DNA from: Eledone cirrhosa
Taxonomy: Eukaryota
NCBI GenBank assembly: GCA_964016885.1
Contig: OZ024755.1
Location: forward strand, 5,022,001-5,086,000
Reading direction: 5' to 3'
Length of the DNA: 64,000 nt
Position 1 is the stretch's first letter; every line of letters begins with the position of its first letter. The position numbers were made by a program, and so were the translations under genes. Of the stretch, positions 1 to 26,844 are shown one piece after another. The notes beneath the pieces were generated by a model. That model ran no database searches. It was given only the letters and a program-made list of their open reading frames with translations, and had not been told where the DNA came from.

Positions 1-3000
1 GAGTAAGCATACTTGGACAGCAAGCTACGACAAACACCGTAATAATTGTGGTCTGCATCTAGATGTAAACATAATTCCTTGTCAGAGAAGCTAATACAGT
101 CTGAGTTGCAGTCATCATAGATACTTTCTGATGGTTGGTTCCATCCTGGTGGTTTCACTGGAATGATAGAAATAACAACACTGAGTATTTGAGGAGGTGT
201 TATTAGTTTTAAATATGAGGGACAACAAAGGTTTTTGACATAAGTCTCGGCAGCGGTTGTGAGAGATGACCTTAAATTGTTAAGAGTGGCAGAGGAGATT
301 ATAAAGAAACATGGCAAGTAGCGAGATGTCATTCCGAGAAGGACCCATCCAACCAATACAAGCATGGAAAAACCGGATGTAAAAATGATGATGATGATAT
401 TATTAGGTTTATATATGAGGGTCAACAAAGGATTTGATATAAGTATTATTGGTTTTAAATATTAGTGTCAGCAAAAAGGACCCTCTTTATCTATTATATA
501 CATGAAATTCTGGAACTTACATTCAGCCAGTTCAAGTCTGTCAACTACAATAATATTCTCGGCATCCACAATCTTTACTTGACCGTTTGAGTTGACAACT
601 AAATTGTCCATTTTTATATCTGTCCAATAAAGTGACCAACCATCAGAACTGTTGGACAGTTTCACAGCCATCATTAGAATTTGTAATGTTAAATTAGCCT
701 GTAACAAATATAGAAATATATATATATATATTAGCCTGTAGAAGAGGTGTAACAACATTGAAATATAGAAATGTTTATAAATTAGCCTGAGACAAATATG
801 AAGAAGTGAATTTTTTTATTTTTGAAAGATGTTTATACAAAACCAAAACACTATTTAAGGGAACGAAAAAGAAAGAAAAGAGAGGGGGAGTGACAAACAC
901 TACATAGCAGTCTGAGCATTGCTCCGCAGACAAAATGACAAAGGCATTATTGTGGAGAACAGCCAGAAACAGCCACAGCACCCCCAACAAGGCTCTTTAT
1001 GGAAATATATATATATTCAAAATGACGTACTTGTAGGTAATTTTGCAATAAAATCTATTTCTTTGTTACAAATCTTCATTTTGTTAACAGTTCTGTTACT
1101 TAATAACATATAGAAATTATTAGTGACTTACTCTATGGTACCATGGTACATTAACTAAATGTAACAATGGTGTTCCTTCATTGCTCATGGCAGCCAACCA
1201 ACCACATGATCCATAATATTTTGGGAAAGCCCAGCCATTAGAAGATGGGAACATCTGAAATGGAAAACAACTGCTATAATGATACAGTTGATGTGAAACT
1301 GGGAATGATTTTTTAATCATGTTCGTTAAATATTAGAAATGAGGAATTAGATACAGTTGGTGTGAAACTGGGGGGGGGGTATTCTAATTATGTTTGTTAA
1401 ATATTAGGAATTAGATACAGTTGGTGTGAAACTGGGGGGTATTCTAATTATGTTTGTTAAATATTAAGAATTAGATACAGTTGGTGTGAAACTGGGGGGT
1501 ATTCTAATTATGTTTGTTAAATATTAGGAATTAGATACAGTTGGTGTAAAACTGGGGGGTATTCTAATTATGTTTGTTAAATATTAGGAATTAGATACAG
1601 TTGGTGTGAAACTGGAGGGTATTCTAATTATGTTTGTTAAATATTAGGAATTAGGTACAGTTGGTGTGAAACTGGGGGGTATTCTAATTATGTTTGTTAA
1701 ATATTAGGAATTAGATACAGTTGGTGTGAAACTGGGGGGTATTCTAATTATGTTTGTTAAATATTAGGAATTAGGTACAGTTGGTGTGAAACTGGGGGGT
1801 ATTCTAATTATGTTTGTTAAATATTAGGAATTAGGTACAGTTGGTGTGAAACTGGGGGGTATTCTAATTATGTTTGTTAAATATTAGGAATTAGATACAG
1901 TTGGTGTGAAACTGGGGGGGTATTCTAATTATGTTTGTTAAATATTAAGAATTAGATACAGTTGGTGTGAAACTGGGGGGTATTCTAATTATGTTTGTTA
2001 AATATTAGGAATTAGATACAGTTGGTGTGAAACTGGGGGGTATTCTAATTATGTTTGTTAAATATTAGGAATTAGATACAGTTGGTGTGAAACTGGGGGG
2101 TATTCTAATTATGTTTGTTAAATATTAGGAATTAGATACAGTTGGTGTGAAACTGGGGGGGTATTCTAATTATGTTTGTTAAATATTAGAACATGATCTT
2201 AAAGATAAAATTACAGTTTGAACAACTAACCATGTTAGTCCCACACACAGTTGTGGAGTGGCTGACTTAGCCATGCATGAAACCCACTAGACCAGGGTTT
2301 CCCAAACTTTTTCAAATGCAGAACCCTCTTTGGTTCAGAAACATTTGGGGTAATCCCAAAGTGTAATATGGTCGTAATATAAATATACTCCTCTACCTAT
2401 TTCCACGTAAGCCCAGACTTTTGTGGAACCACTGTTCTACACCATCATCAAATGTTCAAATATTTTTCAAGGTTTACAGAATCTCAACATTAAACAGAAA
2501 ATATTCCTGATATTGTGGAGTTGGGGAAGAAATAATTAGTATTACCCTTTCTTTTATTAATGTTATTTTATCTCTCTTTTATGTGTTTGTGTCTTCGTTC
2601 CGTAAGCATTATATTATATTTTTATACAACTGAATAAAAGAATTGCTCCCTATATTATGAGATTGCATAGTCACTAAAAAAAATGATTCATCTTACCTGT
2701 ATTACTGATATTGAAAAAAATGGTTAGTCTTACCTGTATTATCAGTGGTTCTGGATTAACAATATTTATAGTAATCAAATGTAGAAGGTTATCAATAGAT
2801 TTATCGTCTGGTAAAATTAATTTATTAACATAATTTTTTAGAATAGTTTTGTATAGTCTCTGTGATGGACAGCGGAATAAATCGGATGACAACATAAATA
2901 ATGGATGAACAGCTTCCAACACTTCAAAATTATGTCTAGCAAGTAATTCTTTCAAGGATTCCTTAGCATCGCAACTGTCACTCGTAGAATTTGATATAAT

Positions 3001-3321
3001 TCGACATATTTCTTTTCTAGCTTGATAAATTTCGTAATTATGTGCAAGCTTTTTAAGTACAATATTTTTATCGTTATAACGGGCAAAATAAACATTTTTC
3101 ACATTGACAAACTGAAGAATGGACAACGATGAAAACAAGCTAAACACAACAGAACCGTTTAGAAGCGGACGACAGAAGTCTTCGCCGTAGCAGACAGGAC
3201 ACTTGTCAATATCTATCAGTTGACGATTAACTGATGTAAACAGGAATAAAATCAAGAATATCAAAGCAAATAATACATATAATTTACGTCTCTTTATAAA
3301 GAAAATTATCTTTCGTAACAT
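1..3321 (-). CDS. DIPK2A: Divergent protein kinase domain 2A (C3orf58/DIA1-like), 5' part; gene continues beyond the left edge
   Basis: Coding exons 3321-2734, 1254-1132, 698-521 and 157-<1, GT-AG flanked and in phase. N-terminal signal anchor plus family motifs KCPVCYGEDFC, NVKNVY, VLKKLAH, NPEPLIIQ, GWAFPKYYGSCG, WTDIKMDN, IVDAENIIVVD, DHNYYGVC. Confidence 0.9.
1343..2190. repeat. 60-bp minisatellite, about 14 copies, DIPK2A intron 1
   Basis: Unit ggaattagatacagttggtgtgaaactggggggtattctaattatgtttgttaaatatta; consecutive 60-nt lines are nearly identical. Confidence 0.97.
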
Positions 3322-4376
3322 GTCTTTTAATTTAAAATTATCTGATGATGATTTAATGCGATTGTCGTGTTTTGCTTACGATCATTCATTGAAGGAAAAA
3401 ATATTAATAAAGATATTCTATTCACAATATATAAAATTATTTGTTATAAAAACATTGAAACAGTTATGTAGTCATCACAGACTCGTTGAGAAATAAAATG
3501 CGACATATTTTTCATATATATGACTATTGACGAACAATTATCGTAATATAATAAATAATAATAAATAATCCTATTATACACGGTGTCAAACATATTTTGT
3601 TCCTTTTGAATGTTCTTCCGTAATGCCAGAAATTTACTAAGTTTTGTTAGAACCTAACAAATTTGTTAAGATAATAAAAGGATTATATTTGTACATTAAT
3701 CTAAATTTAACGATAGCTATATCTCCCATTCATCATCGTCATCGTTTAACGTCCATTTTCCACGCTAGCATGGGCTTAAACGATCTTCCATTAGCTATTA
3801 ATATAAAATAATTTATTCAAAATCATTTGTGAATTTTGATATTAGTTCTATAGAAATTAATACACTTTATTTAAGAGCTAAATAAAACATGTAGCAATAT
3901 TTGATAAAAAAACAACAGCCTTTTAGTTAGGAGTTAGAAGCAAGTAATTAACATATTAACTAGATTAAGTTATATCTCTCTCTCTCTATATATATATATA
4001 TAACAGAAGAATAGATAAACACACCCAGTACATGTTGTAAAGTGGTGGATGATAGGAAGGACATCCAGCCATAGACAGCTTGCCAAACAAGGGGTTAGGA
4101 GGACTCTTCAGTTGTGTCACTGTACGACAACCTCTCTAGTGTTGGTGACCTACACAATAAATACACTTGGTACACGCTGTAAAGTGGTGGATGATAGGAA
4201 AGATATCCAGCCATAGAAAGCTTGCCAAGGAGGGGTTGGGAGGACACATCAGTTGTGTCAAAGACATGGTAACCTCTATAGTGCTGGTGCCACGATAAAA
4301 TGCACCCAGTAGAACATGGGACTATATGACATAGATGCAGATGAACTTCAGTATTAATCTGTAAAAATGATAAACA

Positions 4377-4419
4377 CCTTTAACCAATTTTCAAGCCTAG
4401 TCAGTCTTTCTTCAGAAGG
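4377..4419 (-). ncRNA. Minimal type-I hammerhead ribozyme motif
   Basis: Minus strand: CCTT-CTGAAGA-aagact(gact)aggctt-GAAA-A(TTGG)T-TA-AAGG. Stem I 4 bp, intact core, stem II with one mismatch, 2-bp stem III, UUA triplet. Confidence 0.65.
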
Positions 4420-4855
4420 AATGTATATCATACTCTTCAATGTAGTTTTTTCTGTTCTTATTGGTATTTTTTATCTTCTCTATTCTGTCTGTTGATCCAC
4501 AAGGTGGGTCTAAGTAATTGATCATCGATTACCAACTATCGCACAACGTCAAGTCCTATTTATATCTGCCATCATTGTTAAAACTTCACACCACGAGATA
4601 TGGATTGACTACTTCTCAGAACATGACAGATATAAAGGTATTTTGTACTTTATTGGAACTTATACACAGACAATTTCCTCTGATGATTAGTTTCACGTCT
4701 TCCATAGCTCTACCAAAATCAATAGTTGGTAATGGATGATTGATTGCTTAGATTGATTTTCACTCTGGTTTCACAAACTATGAAATGGCAGCCATAAGGT
4801 ATATAATAACTTTTCAACCTTAATGTACATACTGTTTCCCTAATATTAAATGTTT
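4420..4855 (-). mobile_element. Decayed Penelope-like element 3' region (GIY-YIG-like remnant)
   Basis: Minus-strand translation YYIPYGCHFIVCETR resembles the VYxIPCxCxxxYIGET motif of PLE endonucleases. It lies directly 5' of the hammerhead at 4377-4419 and is bounded by (TA)n at about 4856. Confidence 0.45.
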
Positions 4856-5994
4856 TATATATATATATATATATCATCATCATCATCACCGTTTTACGTC
4901 CGTTCTTCCACGCTAGCATGGGTTAGACGGGTTGTCCTGTTGTGGGCAGTGTTTGGTCGGCTGACCATGCCTTGCTCATACAGGAACTGATTTGGCTTGA
5001 TTTCTACAGCTGGATGCCCTTCCTAACACCAACCTCATTTACAGTGAGTGCTGGGTGCTTTTTCGTGGTGCCTACACATCCACTTTACAGTGTGGGCTGG
5101 GTGCTTTTTTGCCATGGCACCTTCACGACCACCTTGCGGTGGGGAGTGTGGGGGCATATTGTCTATATGCTTCAGCTTGTACCCATGGGAGGTCGGGTAC
5201 TCTGTATTACTGCGTGACGCCAGAGGTCACGGTCGTGTGTCATTGCCTTTGAGAGGTGTAATTGGGTAAGGTCGGCTTTTATCACCTCATCCCAGGTCAT
5301 CTTGGGTCTCCCATATATATATATATATACATACAAATAACTATGTCTCTCTAATGATATATGGCTTATACATATATTTTTTAATGTGAGTATCTTGGTC
5401 AGCCTATGAACTTTTACATCCCGAAGCGATCAACAGAGACAATTTTTTTAAAAGAATATATCTTGGTTTGTAATGGATAAAACAGTGTTAAAAATATATC
5501 TAGATAAACCAAAATGAAAAGTTCTTTGTAGAAATGTTTCAAAGAAGAAATAAAGACACATAATTGGATTTTTATTCCATCTGATGCAACATTTATCATC
5601 ATCATTATTTAACATGCATGTTTCCATATTGGAAAGATAAATAAAAATACTTAACTTGTAACTTACGAAGAGGAATCTTAGTTGAAAGTAACTGGAGAGA
5701 GAGAACACCTTAATTTGATAGAGGAGGATATAAAGATATGAAGGAGTTAAGTTAATAACATTTAGATTTGAACTCTTTATTTGAATGGCATTTAACATGT
5801 CAGCCGATGTCCACTGAAGAAGAGATCCATTTGAAAGGTTCTGGTTATAGATATGTAAATAGTTTATAGGATTTATTATAGAGAGAAGGAATAGAAACTC
5901 TACCTCACTGGGTATTGTTGGACAATTGGAGAAGAGCAGGAAAGTCATATAAATATTAATGAAGAAAATAATTCTCTTTTTCATATACATACAA

Positions 5995-6056
<62 letters not shown>

Positions 6057-6887
6057 GTAAGCAACTTAAATGCTATCAAGACAAAAACATTTACAACAAA
6101 ATCTGAAGAAAAAGACGACATATATAATTTGAAGAACGAGACAAAGTTATATAAAACAAGACATGATACATAGACACAATGACAGAAAATAAATAGTTTG
6201 AAAGATGTCTTGAAAGATATTTACAGAGAATAAGTTGAAAGAATGAAAGCTCAAGAGGTGTTTCAGAATCAATGAAGATGTAAAAACACAAACACATGTG
6301 TATGTATGTGAATGTGTGTGTATATAAGATCCACACATATATGTATGTGTGTGTGTGTGTGTGTGTATAAGTATGTTTCACACACACACATAAACATATG
6401 CATATGTATGTGTAAATATATATATAAGTTTCGCAAAGAAGCCATATGCATAAGTATGTATATGTATGTGTAATATATAAGCTTTACATATATACATATC
6501 TATATATATGTGTATGTATGTAAATAGTTTATAGAGAGAAGGAATAGAAACTCTACCTCACTGGGTATTATATATATGTTTCACACACACACGGATGTAT
6601 ATGTGTGTGCATATATATATATATGTTTCACATACACACACATGTATATATATATATATATGTGTTTCACAAAGAAGCCATATGTCTGTAATAAACTGTA
6701 ATAATTTCAAGAGAAATATTCCAAGTAGAAATAAATTCAGAATTTTTCGTTTTAAGTAGACAACAATCTCTGGTCAATAATTTAATTTTACATTTAAATC
6801 GATTAAAATAATTCCCTTTCAGATTTTTAACTAATAAATCATTCTGAATTCACACGTACAAATTTCCTGCAGATATGTTGGAAAGAA

Positions 6888-7178
6888 TTAACCCTTTAGC
6901 ATTTAAACCAGTCGAATCTGGTCAGAATTCTCTCACCTCTTTCTGTTCAAACCGGCCATTCATACTGATGTTAATCCTTTAGCATTTAAACCAGCTGTAT
7001 CCAGCCAGAATTCTTTCATCTCTTTCTGTTCCAACCAGTCGTAACTGGCCACTCATACTGATGTTATGGTATTGTTCACAAAATAAATAATATCAAAATA
7101 GATATTATGTGAGATAAAGCCACTACCACAAAAATACAATAGTATATATATAGAGTAATGTAAATGCTAAAGGGTTAA
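6888..7178. mobile_element. piggyBac-like MITE; related copies at about 24650-24860, 14395-14465, 8740-8810
   Basis: TTAAccctttagcattta ... taaatgctaaagggTTAA termini. Confidence 0.7.
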
Positions 7179-7845
7179 AGAGATCTTCATGTTTGTCGTG
7201 ACATTTCCTTTTCTTCATGTCTGTTGCGATATCTTATTTTTGCTTTACTGACAAATCATTCAGAATTTAATTTACCTATACAGATCAATCAGGTATCGTT
7301 CGTCTTATTATATACAGTGATTGCTGTCTTCTTAAAACATAAGAATGCCATGAATTCTAAAACAGAAAAGGCAAGATGGTGATTGTTTTTCAAATTTCCA
7401 TTTTTTTAAGGAGTAGAGTAGAAACAATGTGAATAGAAAGAAATAATCCAGTTGAAAAATAATGTCATCATCATTATCATCATCATCATCATTGTGACCA
7501 TCATTATCACCATCATCGTCATCATTATTCTTTTATGTCTGTTTTTCATGCTTTTGAATATTGTTGTCACTATCATCATCATCATTGTGACTGTCATTAT
7601 CATCATCATTCTTTTATGTCTGTTTTCCATGTGATTCCAGGAAATTGTCAAACAACCAAATTCACTGGGGTTTTTATATCCATCTTTCCATGCTGGCAAA
7701 CAGTGGACAAATCTCTCTTCTGATCTCAATAATGTTGTGTTCTTGGAAACTTTAGACTTTTAAAGAACACTTCAGATGAGATTGACTTTAAAATGTTTTG
7801 TATTATTCTAGAAATATCCAGCAGTCTCCACAATAACCAGCACTC

Positions 7846-20685
<12,840 letters not shown>

Positions 20686-20824
20686 TATAAGAGCAGTACC
20701 GCTTCTAAAGCACTTTCTCTACGATATCTTCTCTTTATCACTGTTGATAAAATCATAAACAAAATATTTCAAATTAAAAAAATAAAAATAAAATAAAATA
20801 AAAAAGACAGTAAAATAGTTAGCT

Positions 20825-21286
20825 ACGAGGGTGGCTGAAAAGTTCATAGGCTGACTATGAAAGAGTGATGTTAGAGTTGTGAAATCTTGCATGCATTAAT
20901 TTCAACTCTTGCTTATTGATAACTGCAGTTTCTTTCTAGTAGCTACGTTGAAAAATAAACCTCATTTGGTCATTCTATAAGAGTGTCTTGGTCAGCAAGG
21001 AGTGATGCTAGTGCTGTAAAATCTTGCATGCATTAATTTCAACTCTTGCTTATTAATAACTGCATTGTTTCTTTCCATAGACTATGTTGAAAAATCGACC
21101 TCATTTGGTCATTCCATGGGAGTATCTTGGTCAGCTTAAGAAGGATTGATGCTAGAGCTGTGAAATCTTATATGACATTAATTTCAACTCTTTTCATTTA
21201 TAAACTGCATTGTTTCTTTCTAGGGACTATGGTTGAAGAATGAACCTCATTTGGTCAGCCTATAAACCTTTCAGCCAACCCTCATA
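20825..21286. mobile_element. Mariner-type MITE with internal triplication; single-unit copy at 21655-21844
   Basis: Terminal inverted repeats TAcgagggtggctgaaaagttcataggctgac ... gtcagcctataaaccttt-cagccaaccctcaTA. An internal unit of about 140 bp (gagtgatgctagagctgtgaaatctt...) occurs three times. Confidence 0.75.
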
Positions 21287-22215
21287 TAGCTACATACAAA
21301 ACAGGAAATGGAATAGCTAAATTGTGAGGAAAATTAAGATATCATCTGCTTTTGTGGTCCACTGACTTTATTTCGATGAAGAATGAGAACAATAGCATTT
21401 TAAAACCTTTTCTTTTGGCAGCTTCAGTTGAAATATGTTGATAATCGAATCTAACGAGAGTGAAAACAGCAGAGGCGAAAATCAATTTAATGTTGCAAAA
21501 ACTGACTAATTGAAATATTATAAGGAGGTGGTGCCAGACTAGAGAGAATTCTTGTTGTTTATAATAAATAATGGTCAAGGGAGAAAAATGAATCGATTAA
21601 AAATAGGAATATTAGATGAACTGTCATATGTGATGAAAGTTGAAAAAATATTAATATGAGGGTCAGCTGGAAAGTTCATAGGCTGACCAAGATACTCTCA
21701 TGGAATGACCAAATGAGGTTTATCTATCAACATAGTCACTATAAAGAAACAATGCATTTTACTAATAGGAAGAAGAGTTGAAATTAATGCATGCAAGACT
21801 TCACAGCTCTAGCATCACTCATTCATAGCCAGCCTATCCTCGTAAAATCGATCATCTTTCTCCCCGCGGGTGATGTGATCGTTTAGCCACAATAAAAGTG
21901 CAATCAAAGATCACATTAATAACCAATACAGCTAAATCTACCGTATATTATATATATATATTATATATATATATATAATATATATATATATTAGATGCCA
22001 GACAAACATGTTATATGGAATTATTCTATCGATCTAATTATATATTTTTCCTCAATGCTAATGTGAGATGAAAGAATGAAAGAGTAATTTATTAGAACAT
22101 TTCCTTTGGTGGAAGTAATTCATGTTATATTTTATATTTAACATTGATGACAGATGAAAATAGAAGAGGTCCGAAACAACTTGATCTTTCGTGTTCAACC
22201 CTCTCTCTCTCTCTT

Positions 22216-22247
<32 letters not shown>

Positions 22248-25200
22248 ATAGGCAGATAGATAAATAGATATATACACAAATATGTAGACACACCCACCTA
22301 TATATATATATATAGGTAAATAGATAGATACACTAACATATATATGAACACATACATACAAACACACATAGATAGATAGATAATACATTAAATAAATACA
22401 TACATTAGAGAGAGATACTTAGATAAACAAATAGATAGATAGATTAGATAGAGAGAGAGAGATGAGGTGGAGAGAAAAACAAGAGTCAGAAATACGGAAG
22501 AAAATCTATCACTTAAAAAAAAAAAGACAAACTTACAGTAAATAATTGATGTGTCATGTAGATAAACATAATATCGTATTCGTATTAAATAAGTCCATAT
22601 TGATGAGAAATTAAAAACTTCTCTGGTATTTTGCCATTGTTACGGGAAACCGTTGAACAATGTTATAAATGTAATGTTTATAAAACGATTAGTAAGTTTT
22701 ACAACACACCAACTGCTTGGTAGCAGCGGTTGGTAACTCACCAACCACTTTTACTTCCTTCTCTTTCATAAGAGTTCTTAATCAAGTCAAGTCACTCGTA
22801 ACATCTTTGTTGTTTTAGAAATAAAATAGTTCTTCTTAGTCGTCGTCTCCTCCTTCTTCTTTCCAACAACCATCCAAAAATATTATTTAAGATATCAGCA
22901 AAATTTCAAATGATATTACCGAATCTCAGCTTTTATTTTTTTGTTTACTAAATATCTTCTTCCTGGGGACAGAATCCTCAAGCACTTCTAACGGGTCCTG
23001 TCAGAAGTAACCGATTCCAACTGATCCGACTGGGTCCTCAAGCGAGACCAGGCGAGCTCTTGATTGTTTTAGAAATAGTTTCTTATATAAATAAATTATT
23101 CCTGAGAGGGTCGTGAGGGCAGAGCCCCGAAACACTCCTTCCAGCTGTCCTGACAGGATCTGTATAGTGGTCATGTAGGTGTCACGACAAAAAGAACCCA
23201 GCCTACACTGTAAAGTGGTCGTATAGGTGTTACAACAAAAATCACCCAGCACATTCAGGTAGCAAATGTTTTCTCCACTCGTTACTTCTGACAATTTTAT
23301 TCAAGAGCTCAGCTTTGTCATACTGTCACACTAATTCTAGCTGTAGATTATGCTCTTGTTCTCCCACATATTCTGGAGAGGGTCGTTGGGGAAGAGTCCT
23401 CAAACACTCTTTCCAGTGGGTCCTGTCAGAAGCAACCGTCTCCAACTGATCCTGCTGGATACCCAAGCAAGACCAGCCGATCTTATGGATGTTATCCAAT
23501 TAATTTGTTCGGGGTTTACCCCTGGGTCTCCTGCCAGTTGGTTTTGCTCATAAAATCTGTCCAGTGATTCTTTCCTGAGAATAGATTATGTTGAGGGTAA
23601 ACATTCTGATCAATGAGTTTGAAGACTGAGCTTTGATGAACACCTAGCTGTACATTGAATTCCTCACTAAACTTATCTACTTTTACTTTACTGACAGTAC
23701 CTCTATATACATCTCATCTACTTTAATTCCCTAATTAGTTGAGCTAACACTGCATCCCTTTCATAACTTGGTCCATTAGTTTTGTCTCTGTAGTTGACCC
23801 TTTCTAGAGTCTCACCTTTACCTTTGTAACAATTAAAGGTTATATTACTGTACCAGTTATTAGGTACGACATCATTTTATATTAATTATTCTACCTGTAA
23901 TTAGGTGTGACACCATCTTATATTACTGTACCTGTAATTAGGTATGACATCATCTTATATTACCTGATTGATTATGTAGGTGACTTGTGGACTTCCAAAT
24001 ATTTTCACCATCTCAGGGTCTATCTCTGAGGGTCCAGTAGCTTTACCATTTTTCATTGCTTTGTTGACGCTCTAATTGTCTATAGCTGTTGAAATGGTAA
24101 AAGCTCAGCCGTCATGCTCCAACTCTTTATATAGTCACACTTTACTATTCCAAGTATCGAGTACTCTGTTGAATAATGGTCTGACTAGTTTAAAACTGCT
24201 TTAATCCTGATATATATATATATGTGTGTGTTTACCAAGACAGAGTATAGCAACACCCTCAGCTGAGAGTACAGCAGCACATAAGTACAGAATATAGCAG
24301 CGCTCTCAATACTGCAACACCCTCAACACAGATCTGTGTTTACCAAACATTTATAACATAACGTAAATAGAAGTTGATAACGAAAGTTTATTTTGAAAAT
24401 AGATCAATGAAAGAATGGAATGAGGACAGTTTGTGTTTTTCTTTAATAACAACTCTAACAAGTCTACAACAATAATTAAAAAGACAGCTCAAAGGCATAT
24501 ATATGATATAAAAAGATAAAAAAAATAAATGTTCTTCAATAAAAACTAATAATATAGTTTAAAATTTAAAATAAAAAAACATTTGCAAAGATGAAAATAT
24601 AAATTTCAATGAGTAAATTTTAGAAAACTATTATACCGGGAAAACTGCCTTAACCCTTTAGAATTCACATTACTTTATATTTACTATTGTATTTTCATGG
24701 TAAAAGCTTTATCTCACACTATCGAATCTGTGAGATTTTGATATAAATTATTTGGAGAACAATACCTTAATGTTGGATGAGCAGCTGATTATGGCCGGTT
24801 TGAACAGAAAGAGGTGAGAGAATTCTAGCCATATATGGCTGGTTTATATGCTAAAGGGTTGAAGTGTTTTAAGTTGATTATATTGGCCTCAGTAGTAGTG
24901 GGTAGCCCTTATTTTATTGACCTGGATATAATGGGATGTAACCAGAATATAATGGAGAAAAGTAAAATAACAAGGTATTTTTGGTTGATATTCTACCATG
25001 CCTCTTCCAAATACACACACACATCCAGCAGGCTTCCACACAGTTTCTGTCTACTAAATCCTTATCCATAAACTCTACTTGATGAGTTTATGATAGAAGA
25101 CACCTGCCCAAAATGCCACATAGTGGGATTGAACTGGGAACCATATAGTTGTGAAGCAAACTTTTTGGCAACAATTCTTCAGAATAAATTCTATTTCTTA

Positions 25201-26780
25201 TTAGACAAAATTTTATACACAAAAAATATGCAACGGTTTAGCAGAAAGATGGAAAAATTTGTTCAGTTAATTATGTTTAAAACTGATGTCTGTTTTTGAG
25301 ATTATATTTTCATCTTGGATGTGTTGTTAACACAATATATTCATCAATATACACTCCAGTTGGCATATAACCTATTGGTAAGTGTATTGGACATATGATC
25401 ATAATGTCATGGGTTCGATTCCTGGACTAGGTTGTGTGTTGTGTTCTTGAGCAAAACACTTCATTTCATGCTGAAAATGAGTACCAGCAATAGCTAGAGA
25501 TTTAACCTTGGCATCCTGTCCAGGAGGGAGTCTTGTATGGAATAAGACCTGGCCTGATGAGTCTCCAAGCTCCAAGACAGACTTTAGACTTTGACTCTCC
25601 AGCCATCTTCAGGTGGTATTTCTGAATTACTCTCAGGTCCCAAATAATAGGTGGAATATGTGGAAAGTCATATTTTATGTTGTCTCCATTGATTTAAAAA
25701 AAATAAAACAATGATTCATTTAATTTACATATTGAGACCTAAACCCATCCTATTTACTTTATAACATATTGGATTTCAAGTAATGTACTTCTTTGGTCAA
25801 GTATAATGTTTTTTAATGTGTAAAGAAAATTAATTGTTGCAGGAATGCTACCACTTAAAATAAAATTTCACCGGAGATAGATTAACAAAATTCAATAAGC
25901 GGGGGAAGGGTGATTATTCGAGACTCGAGAGTAGGTCACAGTTCAAATCGAAAGCCTATATTTTATCATCTGAGTCCATAGCTTATTCATTTTAAGGTAT
26001 TTTACCACTAGACTTTAGTATTTGTCATCAAAACTTGTCATTAACACACCCAAGATGAGAATATAGTAAAAAAAACAAAATAAATAAATACATTTTTTGG
26101 CAATATTAGGACAACATGACCCTCCCCAAATATAACAAATAAATAAATAAAAATAATATAAACACACATAGAAACTCATCTCAATGTAGGAACATATCCA
26201 TATATACACGAATATAAACACTTCCACCATTTTACCACTGGTTGTTTTTTGGTCACATATTCCTTGGCTTACATTCGAGTATATACAGTAATATGGAAAA
26301 CAATAACAAAACACAGTAAATCTTAAAAATTGTGAGTTCCACATCAGATGGAGTTATTTGAATAGAATAAATAATGATTTTTTTTTTAAAAATTGGTAGA
26401 GGCTATAAATGTATTAGAATGAGTTATAGTATGGCCCTGTGACGCCTGGTGGAGTCGTAAGAGCACTGTAGTGGGGGTGTCCGGTATTTCTTTGATATTT
26501 TAAGCCTGGTGGAGCCAATCCCTTTCCAAGTCTAAGGAGTTTTTGCTGGTTAAATAAATATTTTTATTGACTTTGGGGAAATGAAAAGCAAAATCAATTT
26601 AAGCAAGTTTGGAACTTTTGTAAGGTGGGTAGAATATATAGAAATTATTGCTTACATTGGCTTCAGTTTGTGGATAACATTGGATAGGGATGAGTATAGA
26701 TTTGTTTACTTTCAAGTTAAGGCAAGTGATGGTCTTAGTTATACACACACACATCCATACATACACATAAATATACACAT

Positions 26781-26827
<47 letters not shown>

Positions 26828-26844
26828 AAGACATACAACCTAGT

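Noticed and set aside
1343-2190. Regular repeat array as a possible CRISPR
   Set aside because: No unique spacers; it is a head-to-tail minisatellite in a eukaryotic intron. The same applies to 14461-15447.
5448-5990. 180-aa minus-strand ORF
   Set aside because: AT-rich, no recognisable domain or splice context; may be decayed repeat sequence.
23625-23670. ttgatgaacacctagctgtacattgaattcc as a decayed hammerhead
   Set aside because: Stem II and GAAA cannot be formed convincingly.
25553-25585. CTGATGAG as a hammerhead core
   Set aside because: Part of a V-domain-like SINE tail, with no correctly placed GAAA or stems.
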